Below are positions 60,195-64,000 of a stretch of DNA of 64,000 nucleotides, piece by piece. The notes under the pieces are model-generated. The model ran no database searches and was not told where the DNA came from. It saw only the letters and a program-made list of their open reading frames with translations. The position numbers and the translations under genes are program-made. Each line of letters begins with the position of its first letter. Position 1 is the stretch's first letter. This DNA is from Vicugna vicugna (lineage: Eukaryota), in the NCBI GenBank assembly GCA_013265495.1, contig MU059953.1:4922501-4986500 (forward strand), read 5' to 3'.

Positions 60195-62585
60195 AGCAGA
60201 CAGAGCGAAAGTCCAGACACAGAGCTGGGGCTCACGGAGTGCCAGGGCCGGACAAGCGGGCAGCCGACCACCGCACAGAGGCGGGTGGTTTAACCGGCGG
60301 CGCCGGACAAGCGGGCAGCCGCCGGGAAAAGGTAAAATCAGCTCCAGACCCAGCACACAGGGAGCAGGAGCCACGCGGACCAGGCCCGCCCGCCACGGAC
60401 GGAACAAGACAAGCTCGGAAGGCGTGGCCTGGGGACAGACGGAGGCTTTCCAACTGCGCCTCAATCTCCAGATGCAGTTAAAAAACAGAAAGAACTTGAT
60501 AAGTTTGAACCAATGGGGAGCGGGGGTGCAGTTTCCAGGGCAAAAGCAGCGCCACAAAGAATTCAGAAAATAACTGACAAACGGGGAGAAACTATCTGCA
60601 GTCTATCTCACAGATAAAAGCTAATTCCTCTTACGTATGAAGCACTCTTAAAATTTATGGGAACAAAGACCAAAATCCTGACAGCAAAACAGGCTCAGGG
60701 CACAGAGACAGGGTAGGCCTGACGCTGAGCTGCGGCCCCCCATCAGCCGGACGGGGCCGCGGCCCCGCTCCAAGGGAACAGCCGCGCGCAGGGGCGCTGG
60801 GCAGAGCCTCTCGAGGCCGCGCGCGCGGCCGCGCATCTGCTGATGGAAATCACTCCTGTGGGCGAGGGCTGAAGACACACCTCGCCCAACGGCAAAGCGC
60901 GTCGGCACAAGGCCGCTCCCTGGGCACGGCCTCACAGGCAGTGCCGGACCCCAGCTCGGCGCCGGGTGCACGAGGGAGGCTGAAAATCACGGAGCCCACA
61001 TGACGACGGTCAGGGAACCAGGAGGAGCCCGGTGGGGGCTTGGGGAGTTCCAGGACGTGGGGAGGGAGGGGGGCCAAGTGCAAAAGAGCTAGCTACCTGC
61101 AGGGTGTGCTCTCTGTGCAAGGGAGAGGGCAAAATAACTGGCTCATCTGTCCAGAAGGCAACGCAGGAGGGCGGGGGGCCAGGGGGGACACCACCCGAGT
61201 CCAGTTTCCCGCACAGCGCCGGCTCTCAGAATAGCATCCGGGTTTTCCACGCTCAAGACGTAAAAACAAACAAAACTAACAAGTGGGAGGAGGGAAAGTC
61301 CTCAAAACTGAGAAACAGATGGAAGCAAATGTACCAAACCACGCTGCAAATGAACGCCCGCCACGCTGGCACCGGGGCGGGCGGGAAACGCCCTCCCACA
61401 GCTCCGGGGCGCGCGCTGGGACTAGACTCGGGCTGCACACCCTGAACAATGCTGAACTCTGGTTAGTCGGTGTCTTTTTCACAAAGGTGTGGAGTAACCA
61501 TTGCTTTCTGGGTATTTTGGGTTTGAGCAAATAAGTAAATACATTGTGCAGACTGGGAGCTACGTGGCCCAGTGGAGGAGGAGGGAGTAACAAATACAGA
61601 AAAGAGAGGGTCGTTCATGGACCTTGTGTCGCTGGACTGGAATTGGAAGCATGGTTGTGAGCTTCGGGAGTTCTAGATGGTGCATGTGTGTGCAAGTGTG
61701 AGTGCATGCGTATGCATGTGTGCCTGTGTGGGGTATGCATGTGTGTGCCTGCATGTGAGTGTGAAGGTATGTGTGTGTGCACAGACATCCACACCCGAGC
61801 TCTGTCCGCTGGGCGGCCAAGGACCAGCGAGCACGTCCAGCACACAGAGCTGGCTGTCTGAACACGGCCCCTGAAAACAGACACCAGGCTTCCTTGGAGA
61901 AACCGCTGACTGGACAGGGGCAGGGAGACGCTGGCACATCTCACACAGCAGGGAGAGCAGGAGAGCAAAGAGGGGCTCACAAGTGCAGGGGACCAGCCAG
62001 AGGAGCCCACGCACAGGGGCTCCCGTCAGCCAAACCAGGACAACCTGGGCACCACAAGGGATAAAGATAACAATGGGTTATCACCCAGTTAAGTCAGGAA
62101 GAAAGGAAAGTTCTTCCGCACAGGAGAGAGCCAACGCCTGAATCAGGAGGAACGACAGGCCTAGAAAATCACCAGGACGGCCAGCATCACAGCAGCTTCA
62201 GGAAAGAATCACCGCGGACACTGAAACCAGGGGCCAGAGACACAGGGGCGTGGTCACCGAGTGCCATGTGGGACCCAGGACTTCCTCCTGAGATACGGGA
62301 CCTCACTAGGACAGCTGGCAAAATAGGAGTCCGGCTACGATGAGATAACACTGTGGTACAGTCTTCTGACCCCCACCCACCATGCTGGGTGGCCGAGGAC
62401 GGGCTGCCCTTGGTTCTGGGCGGTGCATCCTGGATTAGTTGTGGGCGAGGGTGTCATCTCGACCACTAGCTTGTAAACGGTTCTGAAAAAACTTTATTTT
62501 TAAAAACATAAATGTATACAGTAACTCTTTGCACTATTCCTGCAGCTTTTCTGTAAGCTGGGAATTGTAGCAAAATTAAAAGTTC
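60195..62585 (+). mobile_element. L1MD/L1MC-like element (ORF2 end plus long 3' UTR)
   Basis: Blocks include gagcaaataagtaaatacattgt, ggactggaattgga, an internal TG-rich tract at 61680-61780, ccaggcttccttggagaaa, and the terminal actctttgcactattcctgcagcttttctgtaag...aaaattaaaagtt. Confidence 0.8.
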
Positions 62586-62589
62586 AAAG

Positions 62590-63050
62590 GAAAGACAGAA
62601 AAAGTTAAGGGCTAAAATTTCCCCAGAATTTCTGAAAGACACTGATCTCCACAGTCAACAAATCCAAAAAATTACCAAGATGGATAAACGAAAACACTTA
62701 GTGAAACAGCAAAAAATGCTTAGAAGACGAACACCATCAAAGCATCAAAGAAAAAGAAGCGGCACATTTCTGCGAGGAAGTCACGGATGTGGCAGGGAAC
62801 TTTAACCGGTGACAGCGGGATTTAGTGGGCGATACAGCTGTGCACCCAGAAGCATCTACCCGGTGTCAGCAGACGAAAGTGCAGGGGGAAGAACGCCGCT
62901 GCAGACAGACCGAAAGTGAGCGAGCTTGCTACGGTAGGAACTTCTAGAGAAACCCCCAAAGGATATGACTTTCAGCAGAATGAGATCAGGAAAGCAGAAG
63001 TGCTAAGCGAAGAAAGTCAAAATAGGTAACATTAAAATGAAGAAGCTGCG
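62590..63050 (+). mobile_element. Old L1 ORF1 fragment (right part of an interrupted element)
   Basis: gctaaaatttccccagaatttctgaaagacactgatctccacagtcaacaaatcc...aaagcatcaaagaaaaagaag resembles the ORF1 RRM/CTD region. Confidence 0.65.
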
Positions 63051-63123
63051 TTTACCAAGAGACCGGGCACACCTGTAAAGAGCAGTACGTAACAACGGCT
63101 TTGCATCCAGCTACCGGCAAGGA

Positions 63124-63152
63124 GCACGCGCGCGCGTGCGCACACGCACGCA
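63124..63152. repeat. Alternating purine-pyrimidine tract with (CG)5
   Basis: gcacgcgcgcgcgtgcgcacacgcacgca. Confidence 0.9.
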
Positions 63153-64000
63153 GAAGCATCAGTTCTGCAGATCGTTCAGGGAACGAGGAATTGAACAGAA
63201 AATGGGCACTCCAAATTAGACGGGCGATGCCCCAGACGACGCTCCAGGTCGTGGGCAGTCCTGCGTGAGCGCAGGGAGATCCAGTTTCACGAGGGCTCTG
63301 GCGGGACGCCTGGTGCAGGTCAGGGAGCAGTGCTTGGACTTTTTCCCATAGTGAAAGTTGTTTAATCATCTTAGAGCAGTTAAAATACAATATAAGATTG
63401 GTATCCTGGTATCTGAGAGCAGTCATTTCACCACATGCATTTTAATCTTTTCTATTATTCAGGTTGATGGTTAATTACACGCTGAGTTTCACTCAAAGTC
63501 CTTTTCCAGCGTTGTCATAATGTGGCTCTGAAGAGGCCCGTGGGCGGTCCCGGCCGTCGCTTCCCCTTCTCCCGCCGCCCTCGGTCTCTCTCCCATGCTA
63601 GGCTCGGCCCTTGAGAAGCCAGACTCTGCACTCACCTTGACCTTCCAGCGACTGCGATGCTCCCCCCGCAGCCAGGCTGGGGGCCCTGTGGCCCCGTGGC
63701 CCGGCCTCCCACCCCTGGGGAGGGGCCCTCAAAAGACCCCTGCACCTGTGTGCCGGGTAACACTGAGGACCGTGTCACGACGCCACGTCTGGAGGCGCGA
63801 CACCCGAAGCCCAGCTGCACGGCCGTCCACGGGACAAAGGGAACGTTGTGGAAATTCAGAAAGGGATCGTTCAGCACCAGCGAAGATCAGCCAGCCACAG
63901 CGACATGCAGACGTGAGCCGGTCCCCAAGGCAGTCTTCTTCCAAAAAATCATAAAATAAAACACCCAGTGGTCCACGCACACAAAGCTCAGAACATACAG

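Noticed and set aside
60247-60321. CRISPR-like repeat-spacer-repeat geometry
   Set aside because: There are only two copies, inside a mammalian L1, with no cas genes.
1-64000. Assigning a host gene or its strand from L1 orientation bias
   Set aside because: Plus-strand L1 pieces outnumber minus-strand ones only modestly, and no exon matches a protein I recognise, so a gene name would be a guess.

Overview
This is eukaryotic (mammalian) genomic DNA, GC-rich (about 60% by eye, not computed) and unusually CpG-rich, with two assembly gaps (4828-4877, 15917-16044). A tRNA-derived SINE at about 50507-50650 resembles the camelid Vic-1 family and two L1 3' tails look cetartiodactyl, so the source is most likely a camelid. 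I recognise no protein-coding exon, RNA gene, CRISPR array or intact mobile element. The ORF track consists of low-complexity GC-rich frames; the only protein homology I recognise is to decayed LINE-1 ORF1/ORF2. The window reads as a large intron or intergenic region of a GC-rich isochore, with fossils of L1M, L2, MIR, Tigger1, MER47 and an ERV solo LTR. Short AT-rich non-repeat islands carry the signals most worth checking: a triple-octamer cluster (15.1-15.3 kb), a perfect four-unit heat-shock element beside an octamer (51.4 kb), a forkhead/GATA/GC-box/TATA module (40.1-40.4 kb), and an HMG-box (TCF/SOX) cluster (22.9-24.1 kb). There are also a candidate minus-strand microexon (21.1 kb) and a coherent plus-strand exon-intron-exon unit (43.0-43.5 kb). 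Old repeats appear strongly shifted from AT to GC, as expected from GC-biased gene conversion. I cannot name a host gene, and I found no support for a new multi-gene system. Repeat family names come from remembered consensus sequences, repeat boundaries are approximate, and all should be confirmed with RepeatMasker/Dfam.
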